This document shows, in pieces, positions 27,162 through 46,800 of a stretch of DNA of 64,000 nucleotides. Under the pieces are notes generated by a model that saw only the letters and a program-made list of their open reading frames with translations, searched no databases and had not been told where the DNA came from. The stretch's first letter is position 1; the number at the start of each line of letters is the position of its first letter. This stretch comes from Chlorokybus atmophyticus. Taxonomy: Eukaryota; Plantae; Mesostigma and Chlorokybus algae. The translations under genes and the position numbers were made by a program. The stretch spans positions 1,107,099 through 1,171,098 of the forward strand of contig RHPI01003642.1 of NCBI GenBank assembly GCA_009103225.1, written 5' to 3'.

Positions 27162-30100
27162 ATGACCGATGGAGAATATGGTACGGCTCTAACTGTTGAT
27201 TCGTCTAACCGTTGCCTGCGCATGATCATTGCCAGGGACTTCACAACTCCCAGTAGGCAAATGTTTTCACTTATCTAGCAATTGGCTTGTTAGGTTGGTA
27301 GCTACAGCAACATCATGCCTTTCAGCATTGGCTGTGCTAGGAGCATTGTGCATTGCCTTGTTGATTATTTCGAACCTCAGACCATGCATCCTTGCAGGTT
27401 GTCGTGTGCTTATCAGTTAGCCCAAGGCTTAGGATCTTGACGATCTTGTTGCGTGTGTGACTTGAGAGGGTTGGCGTGAAGAGTATTGATCTCATTGCAT
27501 TTGCATGTCCAGTACATGTAATCAATACCTTACCTCTGTAGGCACCGACTTTAACTTGTGCTGTGCATTTGTTGCTGAGCAAAGTCGTGTGCAGAGGCCG
27601 CCCCAGCAAGGCAGCGTAGGCAGTGGGTCAGGGGCATGGAAGACGCCTGCTTGCGCGAGCTGGCTGGGGAGCCAGCTGCAGCCCAGGTGCGGAAAAGGAC
27701 CCATTATGCTAGCAGCGCGACGTGATCATGCGCTGAAGTCATTTGCTATGTGTGCAGTCCACCAGTGAGGAAGGGTACAGTCAAAGTTCCGGACGCCGGT
27801 ATGGTAGTCGTTCTGTAGCTGCTGCCCGTGGCACATTCGCTACCAGGCAGACCTCCAGCAAACCTGACCATGATGACGAGTTGGAGGCGAGGGAACAAGG
27901 TTTCAATGTTTTGCTCAGGTATCACCAAGCAGTAACTTCTCCAGTGTTTGCAATTTCTATGCCTATATCTTTGGACATGCATGCGTTAATCCAACCATGT
28001 CATGCACAAACTGAAGCAGCGCGAATTTGTCTTGATGTGTTCTGCAACAGTGGTGCGAATGAAGAAAGAGTTCGTGCACAACGTCAGCGAGAGCTGGCAA
28101 GGAAGCGTCAGCCAGGTCTTCCAGAGAACTCCAGATTGACTGGGCGGCGCAATTGGACGAAGGATTCGGCGCAGGTGTCAATACGCACAAGTGATGGGCA
28201 TGCACTGTTGTTGAAAACAGGCACTCGCTCTAGTTTGGAAGACCTCTCCACCTTGCCCGAAGATGATTCTAGTGGTGTGTACTTGTTTGCAAATGTCTGC
28301 TAGGGTCATGGTATGGTTGTCTTGCTTGCAAATGGCATGCTGCTATGGGGTATGGTGTGATGTGTTGGTACTGACAAGACATGCGCAGGCACCGTGCTGC
28401 TTGCACAACAAGAACAGGGCTTGTTCCGGTCACAAGAAACAAGCACCTTCAACAAGCTTGTCGCCGGCGGTGCTGATGTTGAACTCCGAGGTGAAGCCAA
28501 CACACATCCACTGGCAGGTATTGAAGATACGGTGTGGGCCGTACAGTTTATTGGCCATAGTAATGGCGCGGTGACATGTTGCATTTGCTTAGCGTTATTG
28601 CTATGGTGCGCAGGGTTGATGGGCTCAGTGTCATGTTCCCCATCAACAGACTCTGGACTTGAACAAATAGGAGACTATGATGAGGATTTGTTCGAGCATG
28701 ACGATCATGAAGAAGCGAGTGTTTTGACCGGAGATGCTCTGTTTGCTGACTTACAAGAGCCGCACAAAGGGCACTATGGAGATCCTGACTTACAGCACAG
28801 CAGGTTATCTTCGAGAGGCTCGATGACGTCGCGCCCACAGAGTTCTTCACCGGAACCAGATGCTGAGACAGCGACAGTGCCAATGAAGGTATGCATGCGT
28901 ACAATTTAAAGTTTGTATTTAAAGTTTGTATTTGCAACGTGTCACAGAATATATTCGAACCGCTTGTTGAGGCTTTCGTTGCATGTGCGCAGTCGAGTGC
29001 ATTTGCACTGACACCGAAAGACATCAATGCGTTGCGGGTCAGCATGAAGGGCATGCATTTGTCGTCTGCAGCTTCAGGCAGTGGCCGGTCGCGAAGCTTT
29101 AGGCTTGCAAAAGAAGCCAAGGTGAGATATATTGCTTTAGTGACATGGAGGATGCTGCGCAGTTGCGCTGCTCGAGCAAAGATGCGTAATCGTTGGTGAT
29201 GGCCACAGATGTGCAATGCATGCCATTGCAGTGTATCCTTGTGGTAAAGGCGCGGAGTGCTTCATGCATACAATCCACGTATAGGTGGATAGGCTTGTAA
29301 GGCTTGCAGTTGCAACAGGAACCTGTAGACGAAGTGCCTGAAGAGGTGGACGTTCTACCAAGCGCTGTCCTGCCAACTGGTATACCCTATGTGCCCAGCT
29401 TGGAACAGCAGCGCACCCTGCGTAGTGAGACAGATGATGCTGCTGAAGCGTCACCAAGTGGTAAGCTCACTGTTGAAGTGTTCATGTTGACTTGCAGTCG
29501 CTATAACCTCTTGACCTAATGAAGTATCTACTTGGCTGTGTTTCAGCAGCAGGGGGGCGTTCAGCCAGAAGGTCAACGAATACACGCTTGGAGTCTGCAA
29601 GGCGCAGGACAGCTGCACCATCGGAGGACTCGCAAGCTATGGCGGCCGTTTTGCATGCAGTTGCCATGGAAAACCAAAGACATGCTCAACTATTATCAAG
29701 CAGGTATGCATTTGTATTTTTTGGGTTCCTCGTTGTCCAATCCCCTCCCTTGGGTTGTCTGCACTCACTGATGAAAGGGCATGCCCCGTCCAATCACCAT
29801 GTTGTCATGCGCTGCAGTTCATTTACAGCACGAGAGCCTGTCTCAGCAGTGGGTGATGCAAGCAGGTAAGTGTCATAGTTGCCACCGTTGTTCCCGTAGA
29901 AGTATACATGGCTAAGTGTCTGTACACATCCAGTTTGCCGGTGAGCTATCGCCGAAGCATAAGTCATCCAGGACCTGTTGATGTACCTATGGACAAGGTC
30001 TCCCTCTCCCCACATGATGCTCCTGCGGTTACTGCAAGCGTATGTGGCAGACCGTCAGCTTCTTGGTGTGCTTCTGTTTATGGTTATGGTATTTTTTAAG

Positions 30101-33100
30101 GGGTGCTTGTCTGGCCTTGCAGATAGTTGGCGCATCCAGCTTAGCAGCAGGTTCAAAGAGGCAACGTGTGACCGGTAACCAAGGCAGCTCTGCCAGTCAA
30201 ACACTGGGATCATCACTTAAGCCTGATGTGCCCATCATTGACAAACTCAACCAACACATGGAGCAGCTGGAGCCACGAGAGCAACAGTACTTGTTGAAGG
30301 TATGGCAGCTTATCGCTTTGCCTGTGCGGATCAGTTGTGTGAGGTCAGTTCTCTGGGCATTGCTCCTGCCCTATGGCAACACTTCCAATTGTGCCAGGTT
30401 CTCGAGAAGGTCCACAAGGCTCAACAAGAAGGGATCAGTGTGGATCGGCTTTTCGCATCACTTGAAAACATCTCTGGCCAGCAGCCATCCACGAAGTCCA
30501 ATCAATCTATACCCCATGCCACAGCTGGTCACAAGTTGGTACAGCAATTTACGCTACGTTTGCTGTCCACATATGGCAGCACCGAGTTGATAGGGTTGAC
30601 TGAAGTCGACTTCTATGATGCCAACGGCAAGGTTAAAGTCCTTCCAGAGAATATCGCTCTCCATGGCAGGCCCACTCTGGACAACAGCCTCACTCGTTTA
30701 GTAAATGGCCGTGCCAGAACGCAGAACGAGCGCAATATGTGGGTGGACACTTTGCCAGACCCTGGTCAGCCACCTCTTGATCTGGTGTTTACAGTAATTT
30801 CTGAGACACCTATTGTCAAAATACTGGTGTGGAACTACAACAAGGGCTTGCGGGAGAATGCAATCGGCGTCAAAGAAATGCAAGTCTATTGTGGCCCAGA
30901 TCTCGTGTGGCAAGGTGTCATAAGCAAAGGTTGTGGTAACTCCGTCCTTGATTACTACACGACTATTTTGCTGGTTGACGACGTCGCATCACGATCTCCC
31001 ACCCCGGCAAACGAGTTTTATTTCCCTACAAAGTGGCCCGCAGAGCAGAACGGGGCGCCACCTGTGCCTGAGCCGTTAAGTATGCCTCCACCAGTTTTGC
31101 CCTTCTCATCTGCCGAGGTCCCTGCTAGTCTTGGAACAACTGATGACTCCAGCTCTAAAAGCAGCAGTGCTGCAAATGTCACCATGCTTGGAAGCAGCCT
31201 TTTTGGGCTCCCTCAGCAATTCAGCTTTTTCAGCCTTGCTGATGATGCCCAGTCGAAGCAGACACAAGCAGTGCCAGCTGCGTTGGATGTTTCGAGGTAT
31301 GCCTACAAGCGTGGTCAATGCAGTTGATTGTTGTATGCTATATGATTACAGAGCATTTGGTTTCTCAAACATGCTTACCCAATTGTCAGCAGGGTGTCGA
31401 CGCCGCTGTTTGCATCTTCAAGTGTGCAGCACCCAACTCAGACAGCAAGGGATACCAGCTTATGGCTGCCAGGTAGAATTCTGCACACTGCATCCCTACA
31501 CTGAGACGTGCCGTTTACTTCAGTCCACTCAATGCCTAATGTGTTTGTGTACCATAGGTGTGCAGCGCCCCTCTCATCAAGCGTTCAATGCCATAGCACC
31601 ATCGCCTAACATTCTAACCAGTGAGCTGCTGGAGCAAGTGGTTGGTTCAGTGCCCAATGCGGCTTCCTCAAGCCGCCCAGCTCGCCGCCATTCAGATGAA
31701 GTTGCTGATCGTGGTAGTACGGTGGCAGCAGATCAGGTTGCAAGTCAAGGCCTCGCATCCATTCTTCCGGCTGCACCTCAAGTTCGTCGGCGCCGCAGCG
31801 TTGGTATTGCAGCACAGCCAGCGCTCTCCACTCTGCTGCAGTCTGAAGCATCAGCAGTCACGACAGAGCCCTCTCGTGCTGTAAATCAGTCAGCCTTGAA
31901 ACAGTTTTCTGCATCCCTACGAAGTGTGTCAATGCCATCAGGTTCTCCACGCAAGCAGAGTGGCATTGGGCTAGCATCGGCGCATGCACCGTCACCATTT
32001 GCACTGCCTGTGCGTGCTGGGTCTCCAGTGGGTGGATTGGTGCTGGGTACAAGTCGTGCAAACGTTTCACTCCTACCACAGCCTCTCAGTCGCATCCACT
32101 CAGTAGAGTTGCCGGCAACTGCCTCAGCTGCTATCAGTACCACTTCTGGAGCTGTTGATGATGATATGTCTCCCCCGGTTGTCACAAGACAGCCACGGCG
32201 GCAGCGGCAGAATCGATCGCCGCTGGATGATTCTCTGGACTCGCTTGCTTACTTCCAAATGAAACATCTTGGTAGGGTGCAGCCAAATCTGAGGGATCCA
32301 ACCTTGACAACCGCGCCCAACCCTTCGCACGACAAGCTGCTCGGATCACCGGAGTCGCAGACCTCTTCTGCCGCATCGCCTGTAGCACATAGAGGGGATC
32401 CATCAGACAGTCCAAAAGATAGGTCGCAACTGTGGGCGAAGCTGGCACTGAAAGGTGATATGAGCGTCACAGCCAGCAGTATCTCGTCATCTTTGGCATT
32501 GCAAGCTGCTAAACAGGGCACGCTACCAAGTGCACTGGACAGCTCAGCCAACTTTGCAGGATTTGACATTCCTGTGTCACCGGCCACAACGCAGCCTGTT
32601 TTTGCCATTCCAACTCTGCCTGCTGGGAGAAGCTTGGTCATCAACATTCTGACTACGTGGGGTGATCCACACTATGTAGGCCTTGCTGGGCTAGAGATGT
32701 TTGATGGTAATGGAGAGCTTGTTACAATTTCCAGTGTCGCCCGTCAGGTAATTTCGCGTTCTACGTGCGCAAAGGCTCTCACATTTGCGGGTGACAGTGT
32801 TATGTGGGCAGCTAACCTCAGGTTGCTATGCATGCAGGTTCGCGCCAACCCATCCAGTGTCAATGATCTTCCTGAGTATGGCAGTGATCCACGCACTATA
32901 GACAAGCTGGTAGATGGAGTGAATCAGACCTGCGATGACTTACATGTCTGGCTAGCACCCTACACTGCTGGGTCTCCACACTACATATTCATTGACTTGG
33001 ATCACTTCACCACGCTGGGCATGCTGCGATTCTGGAACTATAACAAGTCCCGCATTCACTCATACAGAGGAGCCAAAACCATTGAGGTTCGTCTCGATTC

Positions 33101-34981
33101 GCAGTTGATCTTTTACGGTGACATCCAAAAAGCCCCTGGCAATGACCTCGACGCTCCCCACTATGCGGAGTCCATCTTGTTTACTACTGATGAGGTACAT
33201 GCGGAGCACTGCAAGCTCTGGAAACAGATGCAGGTTGTGCGCAAGTACGCAGCATCATGCTAGCTGACGCTTGACATCTCTTCTGGCAGGCTGTGCTAGC
33301 CAAAGTTGAGGAGTACGACAAGCGCTATGCGCGGGAAGCTGCGACAGCCTCAGTGGAAGATACAAATCCCAGCAAAAGACCATTGACCTCTGGCCGCATG
33401 TTGACACAGCCCAGTGTCAATAACCTACGAGAGGACGATCTGGCATTTGAGGTCGGGCTGGCAGGAGCTGGTCGAGAGTTGGGCCTTGATGGCAGGCCTG
33501 TAACCGCTGCTTCACAGCTAGAAGAGGTTGACTGTCCGGCTACACCAATGCGTCCAAGTCCTCCGCGGGATAGTTTGCGCTTGGCACCTGCAGCAGCACT
33601 ACCGCCCAAGCCCAGTGTATATCCTCGGGGTCGACTGCTGCGATTAGACTTAGTAAGCACTTGGGGAGACAGACATTACATGGGCTTGACTGCTATACAG
33701 GTGCTGGACCCAGCAATGCTGCCAATCCCTGTCTCTGTTTCTAGTTTAGATGCACGGCCCAGGGACTTGAACGACATTCCTGGGTATTCTGGAGATGATC
33801 GGACATTAGACAAGCTGGTGGATGGCTGCAACGTGACCCAAGATGACCATCACATGTGGTTGATTCCGTTCCACAAGACTGGTCCGCACTACCTCACCAT
33901 TGACTTGGGACAGGCAACAGACATTGGCGGCATCCGAGTATGGAACTACAACAAGAGCGAAGAAGACACCTTCCGTGGTGTGTACCGCGTCTTTATTTCC
34001 TTGGACGGTACATCGCTCTCGCCTCCGGCTGGCCATATACTGCGCAAAGCACCAGGCACGGACACCTACGATTTTGGTCAGTTGCTGCGCTTGTATTCGC
34101 CTGGCAGTGAGCCTGCTCTGGCGGCTTTGCGAGCACAGAATGAGCGGCTGTTGCACATAGAGGAAGCTCTGCAGCGACGCAATCACAACGAGCTGTTACA
34201 GCAGGACTACGAAACGTCTTTGCTTCCCTCTGGATGCACCATCAGGTTGTTGCTTTTGTCTACTTGGGGCGATCCTTGGTACATGGGACTAAACGGCTTA
34301 GAGCTATATGATGCCTGGGGCCGGCGCATCCTTGTTGGGCGTAAAAACATTGCAGCTCACCTGGAGAGTGTGAATGTGCTGCCTGATGTTGAGGGTGACG
34401 TCCGGACAGTGGACAAGTTGCTGGACAAAACCAACAACACTTGGGATGAAACGCACATGTGGCTCACCACCTTCACACCTGGCAAAGCAAACTGGATAAA
34501 CCTTTTCTTTGACGAGCCTGTCACCATTTCCCTCATAAAGCTGTGGAATTACAGCAAAACCCCATCACGAGGTGTTCAAGAAATGGAGGTAATCGGTTCT
34601 ACAGTATGCGTGGCTGCCTGGCATGACAGGCCTTTTCCTCATGCTCATGGTTTACATTTGGCTGATGCTGTGTGTCTGCAGGTATTGGTGGACAATTTGC
34701 TTGTGTACAAAGGATTTCTGCGCAAAGCTCCTGCACGAGACCCGTCCCTCCCTCCCCACGCTTTCCCACCCGATTTTACCCAGTCCATCGTTTTCACTAA
34801 TGATGAGGCGGTTGTCGCTGCTGAAAAGCAGCATGTCTACCGGTTTTGTGATGCGGATCAGTCGGTGCTTCTCGTAAATGAGAACCGTTTTGAAGGGAGC
34901 GCCAAACCGGCTTCACACCTGCCGCATGGCCCCAGACCCGCCACTGCAGTGTCTAGTGCTGCTGAGCCGCAGCATAGATAG
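27162..34981 (+). CDS. KATNIP: Katanin-interacting protein (KIAA0556-like) with four DUF4457-type repeats; start codon tentative
   Basis: N-terminal LEAREQGFNVLL..GANEE like KATNIP; repeated STWGD..Y(V/M)GL..(L/I)E..D / WNYNKS modules at ~30540-30960, 32630-33190, 33640-34060 and 34230-34800; stop after SAAEPQHR. Confidence 0.85.
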
Positions 34982-36013
34982 TTAGGACTCTGTGTGCAGC
35001 TTGAGAGTGTTTTGTCTAGTGTTTCCCCCGTCCTGTTTAATATTGTACATGTCCGCGCTCGCCAACGCGTGTCTGTAAGGCGTTTGTATGATTGTAGTAC
35101 TGTACTATTCAATAATGGAGGCTACTACCTGCCTGTTCGGGACTACCTGATCCTGCCTGCAGAGATCTGTTGAGGTCTTGTGTATCTGGTCGTTTGCATT
35201 CTTAAACAATGCACAAAGGTTTGTATGCTGCTGGCAGCATGGATCATGGGTTGTTCAGGCAGCACGCATCGTGCTACCGTCGGCCATACACATAAGACAC
35301 AATGGTTGCACGGGCCTGCATTTTTTGTAAATATTCATTTGCAGAGATCGCAGTACAGACCTCGTGTATGTGCACATGTAGGGGTTCTCTGCGGTCAGTG
35401 TTCGATGATACATATCTACACTCTTACTGATTGCTGATTTCTAGCTTGTATACGAGGTTAAAGTGCCATATCCATGTCTTGACCTATATTAAAAAAGCCT
35501 TTGGAGAGAGAAATGATGTAATCTATCCCATCCCATCAGCTGTGGTTTCAACACACCAATGTCTGCCTGCCGCATTGGCAAGCACACGGCGGAGGCGTTG
35601 TAGAGGACGATGGGGGAGTCATTGGCGTCGGCTGTTGCTGTCATTGCTGCTGCAAGATAAGCCGCTCACCACAGCCGTGGTGCAGTTGACTGAGAGTGCC
35701 ACGCATGCATGACTGACAGGGGGCAGTAGTGGTAGTGATAGAGTTAGGGGTAGTTACTACATAGCACGCAGGCGCGTGTCCTAGCCCGGTGGTCAAGTTG
35801 GTGAGTGCTGTGTGGTAGTTGTGCAGCTGCTTGTGCATGTAGCATTGCATGTATGCAATGCTACATGCATCTTATGTACACGGACATATCGTACAGACGC
35901 CGGTATGCGTGCACAGTGGACGAGCTGTACAACCCTAATAGTTGATGTGTGAACCACCACGTCAGTCAACCTAGCATTGACGTAATCAGCTATCAAACAA
36001 GCAGTAAGGGTCA

Positions 36014-40250
<4,237 letters not shown>

Positions 40251-43200
40251 GCGTGCCATGAGTGTCGCAGCCATGCATGGCAATACCGCACAAAAACACC
40301 GCTTGAAACAAAGACAGCAATAGGCAACAACAGCAAAGCGTAGCACAAGAGACGCGTACAGTTTAAAAGCGCATATAATACGCGGGCTCGGCCAATGCGA
40401 TAGCACGCGATGTTCAGAGTGTGGTGGCTTCAAGCTACCTAGCTGTCTGTGCACCTCATAACCACGGCATGCTGCGCGTCAAAATTGCTGGAACTGTCCA
40501 GCAGACGTTACTACGTGGTGATATGTTACCTGAGCTTCCAGAAAGCGCCAAAGCAATCAAACCCCAGCAGCACGCCAATTAGCCTCCGCCCAGACCAGCA
40601 TGCATCCACCCAAACCCCCACGCTGACCCCCGCTCCTTGCCCTACGCTGCCGTCTCCTTCCCCGACAGGCTCTGTGGCGACAGCGGCGCATCAACAAGGC
40701 AACTCCTCTCCCGCTGCACCAGCAGTAAGCTTAGCCCAGCCTGAGCCCTTACCACTGCAGCGATAGCGACGACAACACGGCTGCTGATACCAACTAACCT
40801 CTGTCAGACGGCGCCTTGCGGCAGGGGGAGGGGGGGGGGCAGCCAAGCAGAAGCCAGATCCATATTGGCTGACAAGTTGTCAGCCACCAATGAGCGATAA
40901 GCCATGTCGATTCATGTCCGTGCAACTTGTGGGCCACCAAAGTAATGTCTCTTTTGTGACAACTCGTGGCTGACAACTGTGTTGTACCGATACCTGGTGA
41001 TCAACAGCGCTTTGCAAACTCATAACATGGTCATGTGATGCCATCGCAAGGAAGGCTTCAATTATGTCATGTTCGAGTATGTTGTAGGCCTAGTCAACCA
41101 GAAGTGATGGTCACTGCAAGCACTGTCAGTTTGTTGCGCAGTTACGTCGTCGGCGCGTTACGACATGTGACGCGGCCCGTCAGATGACGGTCGTTAACGC
41201 CGGTACCATTTGCGCCTTTTGTTCGTATACATATACTGCCGGTCGTCCAAACGAAATCAGTTATGATAATGATATGTCGCATTGTATCTACCAGAGTATG
41301 AGTGCTGTTAGTGGGATGGGTTAAACGATTCTTTGGGGGTATGGGCCTCGTACCAATGGAAACGCCCTTTGTAGAACGCGTTTCGACTACAAACTCTCGC
41401 GCTGTGCCGAACATTCGCGCGGTACGAATTATGCCGTTTCTCGTTCGCCGTCGCCTTGGCGGTAAAAGAATTTTTTAGCATTTTACCTCGTATTTGGTAA
41501 CGGCGTTGTTAACGATGTCACGCCTAGGCTACGCCGCATTTAACTTGACGCACTGCAATGTAGAGGCGCTGCTACTATTTGTATATGGTACGAAATCCAT
41601 CGAACGTATTTGAATTCAATGAACTGTCTCCCCATGTGCATGCCAATGCGGCTATATGTGCCAACATACCGCCATATTAGCATACAATTCACTATCATAT
41701 TAAGGAGCTTACATTTTATCATTTGTTCGCACACATTCAAACAGTTGCATGATGTGCGGATGTACTTTTGACGGGTGAGATGTGTTTGATGTAAATACAA
41801 TGGCTTTCCCGTAATAGTCGCTGCCCAGCCAATGAGAGGCAGGCGGGCCGCGCAGCCCGGCAAACGCGAGCGGGTGTCAGTCGTCACTAATGGCCCATCA
41901 CATGGCCCGTGCGTAGGACCTTACATGTATCTGCGAATGCACACTGATATTATTAACTAGTGTTGCGGCTGTTTGGTCGGGCCGGCCGGCTTTTAAGGTG
42001 GTTTTTAAGATGGTTCAATTTTTCAATACAATGTAGAGCAATTCATACACGTTAACATACACTAGTACGTACCCGCGGCACAACCATGGGTCAAAGGACA
42101 CATATGCTTGCATTGCGTGATGTGTCATGGTCAAGTTGTGGTAGGCGGACGCATGCAAACCCCCAGCACTGGCTTAAACCCTTGTAACACCTGTGCCGGT
42201 CTTAAATGTTGTCTGCCAGCAACGCCACAAGCTGCACGTTTGCTCATACTGGCAACGCTTCCTCGCAACGGTTCAAGACGCAAAAACCCCATCACTGGCT
42301 TGGACAAATGTGACACCATTGCTAGTCTTAAATACTTATCACCAGCATTGATAAGACTTATCTAAGACCACCACCGGCGTAAACCTGTATAAAACGGCAC
42401 TAGCACAGGCTACATGTGTGCCCATACTGGCTAAAAGCAAACTTACAAGACACAAACAACCCAGCACCAGCAACGTCAACCCATCACATATGCCATTACT
42501 GGCTGTCGAATTGGAGTGCTATTGCGAACTAGGGTTGGAAGCTCCGTCAGTACCTGTAGACCGCAGTACCCGCAGTACCCACGATACTCACAGACCCGGC
42601 CAGACCAGGCCAGACCATGCAGGCGGTTGAACTACTGCGGCAACTGGAAAACCCACAGGCGGAAGCTTTCAGTACCTTGAGATCATGGCATGGATGCTGT
42701 TGGAGCTGGAAAACACTGTTCTAGCTGTCAAACGGCTTTCAAATTGTGTACCCACCACACTTTCAAGCTAAAGAGTTGCAAACCAGGTGCTGGAACTTTT
42801 CAGGTTGCAGAACATGCCGCCAAGGTTAGACGACCTTGCAGACAGCTGAACTGCTTGTTTTAGCCAATGTAAGCTTGAGATGCGTTAAGATCACTGTGCC
42901 GGCGTGTGCTGAAGCTGGCGAAGCACTGTTCCAGCTGACTGCCAGCAACCCAAGCTGCCAATCCACTGTTGCATGCTCAGGGGTTGCCGATCAGGGTTTA
43001 GACCGGTTTAAGAATCTGTCTGAGTGGTTGGGAGCTTGTGGCCTGCTGAAACCCCTCCAGCGAGTCTGATCCAGCTTGCAAGGTACACTTCTTGCAGACA
43101 TGTTGGGCATTTGTTTAAGTCTGGTTGAGAGGTCATAATCAAGCTCGTGCAGCAATTTTCTGTGCTTAGCCATGCATTGTTTTGCTGTTGCAAGCCTCAG

Positions 43201-43898
43201 TTCACTTGTCCGTCAGTTGACAAGCTAGTTGCAATCACTCAACTGTCTGTCAGTCCCACTGGTCTCAACCAACCATATCTTTGTCTGCAATGGCCTGTTG
43301 ACAGTAGCAAGTGCTGACACGCGCATTGGCTTTGTCATATATCCATGACTAGCCGTGCTGCACAGCTGATGCTGCCGCCCACCGCAATGCATTTAATGAG
43401 GCCGTTGCCATGCTCAATGAGCCAGTCTACGGCATCACGACGCGCACAAAGGAAATTCAACCAACAGCTCAAGCAGCAAAGAGACCTTGCGCTTCTGCAG
43501 CAGACCCAAGGTGGTACTCAACATACTCAGCTGCAAGATCTGCCACCAATGGAAACCAATTATGGAGATGCGCTGTCACCACATCGCCTCCCTCCAAAGC
43601 AAGACTATCAGCCACCTACCGTATTTACCCCAACACAGTCCCCCCCCGAATACAGTCCCCCCCAGTAAATTTGGGGGGGGGACTGTGTTTTGACCTTAGA
43701 GTCCCCCCCCCCCATTTTAGTATACCCCTTGAGGAGGACTGTATTGACATATAACGCGCGCTGCCTGCTGTGTGCGCGCGCGCGCGCGTGTGTGTGTGTG
43801 TATGTGCGCGCGTGTGTGCGCGCGTGTGTGCGTACGTGCGCGTGCGTGCGAGGGAATCACACATGCTAGCAACAACATCCAACACAAGTAATCTCTCA

Positions 43899-46800
43899 CT
43901 ACACAAGATCATCATCAGAGTCATCACCATCATCCTCCTGTGCATCATCATCACTGCTAGTACACATGCTATCAAGCTCGCTCTCATCACTGGACAGCTC
44001 AATATGGTTAGCCCTTGAAGCATTGGCCTCATCGCGCACACGCAACTTCTCCAACTCTGAGATCACACGCTCTTCCTGTACCTCCAGCGGCAACTCATCT
44101 ACATCGACGACATTGTCCGCATTATCATCAACGACCTGCTCCGGGGTCCAATCAGCTTCACACACGCCCGCCTTCTTGAACGCATTGATGATGGCCTGCA
44201 CTGACAACTCCTTCCAAGCCTGATGCACCCACGACACTATGGTTGACCAGTCCGCGTGCCGCAAGTTGCCGCCTGCAGTGTAGGAATGGTTGGCTGGGTC
44301 TGCCATCCACAACGCCCACTGCATACACCAACAAAGCACAATGTTAATCATGACTGACAACCTAAGATGACAACCGTTATTGCAACCTTACCCAAGAGCA
44401 GCTCACCCAGGTGGTACGCACACAAACTTACATGCAACCTAGCGTGTGAGTTGTGCACTCCTCACAACATTAGCACATGCACATTTTAGCAACTCACCTT
44501 TGCACGAAGCATGTCCTTGAAAGGCTTGTTCACCCCTACATCCAAAGATTGAAGAATAGGCGTACACCCACCCGGAATGACAGCTTGATCGATACCGCCA
44601 GCCTGCGTTGCTGCTTTCACGGACTCACACATGTGTGCTGAAAAGGAATCCCAGACAAGCAGCGCTCTCGTGCCAAAAACCCGCTTCGGCCGCTTGCGCA
44701 TCACCGCCTCGACCCACTCACACGTGTGCGCCTCATCCATCCAGCCCGCTTCATTCGCCCACACCACCACACAATCTGGTATGATCAAATCAGAAGGCAG
44801 AGTCTTGCGCTTTGGAATGACGACTGGCGGTAGCTTGGTGCCGTCCATTGCACAGGCCAACACCACGGTAATGTTTCTCTTCTCGTTGCCTGCTCAATGA
44901 GTGTGAGGCCAGGCCATACATGTGTTGTGTTGTGCCAGAATCAGCATGCAATGATTGCATGATTGGATGCGCATGCATGCCTCACCTGTTGTTTTCATGG
45001 TGACAGTGCGGCTGCCTTGCTGGTTGACCGTGCGAGTCGCGGGCATGTCCACCGTGACTGGAACTTCATCCATGTTGACGACCTGACTGGAGGCATACTT
45101 GTGCCGCTCCTTCATGAGGGTAATGAACATGCGGTGGCCCTCAACTTTTTGTGCGAGATCACGAGGGAGCTTCTGACCTACTTTAGTGCGTGCCCGTACA
45201 GTAAGATCATGGCGCGCCATGAAGCGCACCACCCAATTGAGGGAGGCCTTCAACTGCCACTTATCGCCATCATCATTGAGGTTGGCGTTGTGTTCAGCAA
45301 CTAGCCGCTTGGCCTCCAGCTGCACACATGCATGTTGATTGAGCTATTGAAGTGCTGGTGTGTGCGTTTGCTGAGTGTACCAGCGTGCGTGTGTGTGGTT
45401 GTGCCCTTGAGATACGTGTGCGTGTGCGCGTGCGTGTGCAGTGCATTGTTGCATGTGTGTGCATGTGTGTGCAGCTGCGTGCGTGCGTGTGCGTGTGCGT
45501 GCATGAGTGGGGGCGCGAGTGGTGCAGATGCGTGCGTGTGAATGCGTGTGTGTGCAGCTGCGTGCGTCTGCGTGTGCATGTGCGTGTGCGTGTGGGTGCA
45601 TGAGTGCGGGCACGAGTGGTGCAGCTGCGTGCGTGTGAGTGCGTGTGTGTGTGCAGCTACGTGCGTCTGCGTGTGCGTGTGCGAGTGGTGCGTGGGTGTG
45701 CAGCTGGCGCAGCTGCGTGCGTGAGTGTGTGTGTGTGCAGCTGCGTGCGTGTGTGTATGCGTGCGTGAGTTGTGCAGCCATGTACGTGAGTGTGTGTGTG
45801 CAGCTGCGTGCGTGTGTGTATGCGTGCGTGAGTGGTGCAGCCATGTACGTGAGTGTGTGTGCAGCTGCGTGCATGTGTGTGCGTGTGCGCGTGCGTGTGC
45901 GTGCGGGAGTGCTTGTGCGTGTGCGTGCGTGCATGGTTCAGCTCCATGTGCGTGCGTGCATGGTTCAGCTCCGTGTGCGTGTGCATGCTAGAGTGGTGCA
46001 GCTGTGCGCGTGCGTGTGTGCGTGCAAGTGCGTGCAGCCCTTGATGCAAACACAAGTGTACCACATGCATAAACATACCCTGATCATGCCTTGTGTCACT
46101 CCCAACCCACGCGACCTCTTATCAACAATGTAGTTGCACACAAGAGTGTCAAGCTCTGGAATTGAGAGTGTCCTCCCGCCACCCTTTAGCCTACAATCAC
46201 TTGCACATGCAGACTTGATCTCTAGCTCTTGCTTAAGCCAGTTCCGCAAGCTCTTGGCGTGGATGCCGTGCTCGCGCTCGGTTCTTTTAATGCCAAGATG
46301 CTTGGCAATGTCAATGAACTTGCGCTGCCATGTAACACTTTGTTAGTCACGCCGGCCAGACACATAGCACGCAGCAACAGTGCATGCACGCATACACATG
46401 CGTCACGTGCATGCAAGTGTGTGAGCGTGCATGCATTGTCACAGCACGCAGCACAGCTAAATACACGTGCAAATGCACACCCTTATTGTGCTGAGCAGTG
46501 ATAGCATGCATTGTCACAAGTACACACAGCACACAACACTGCTAAGCAAACTTGCATATGCACACGCTGATTGTGCTGAGCAGTAACAGCATGCATTATT
46601 ACCAATACACAAAGCACATTGCATAAACATACCTTTTGGTGGCATGTGAATGCTCGCCGCTTGTACCTCCTATTGCGCTCGTTGTTGGTGCGGGCAGCAT
46701 TGACGCGCTTCTGGACGCCGGTGGGCCGCTCACCACCGGCGTCCAGCTGCTCTGCTGCCGCCTCTGTCGCAAGCCTGGCGGCCGCCTCACGTGCCTTGGC

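Noticed and set aside
45301-46133. His/Thr/Arg-rich and Val/Cys-rich ORFs
   Set aside because: Derived from the GT/CA minisatellite in the pogo intron.
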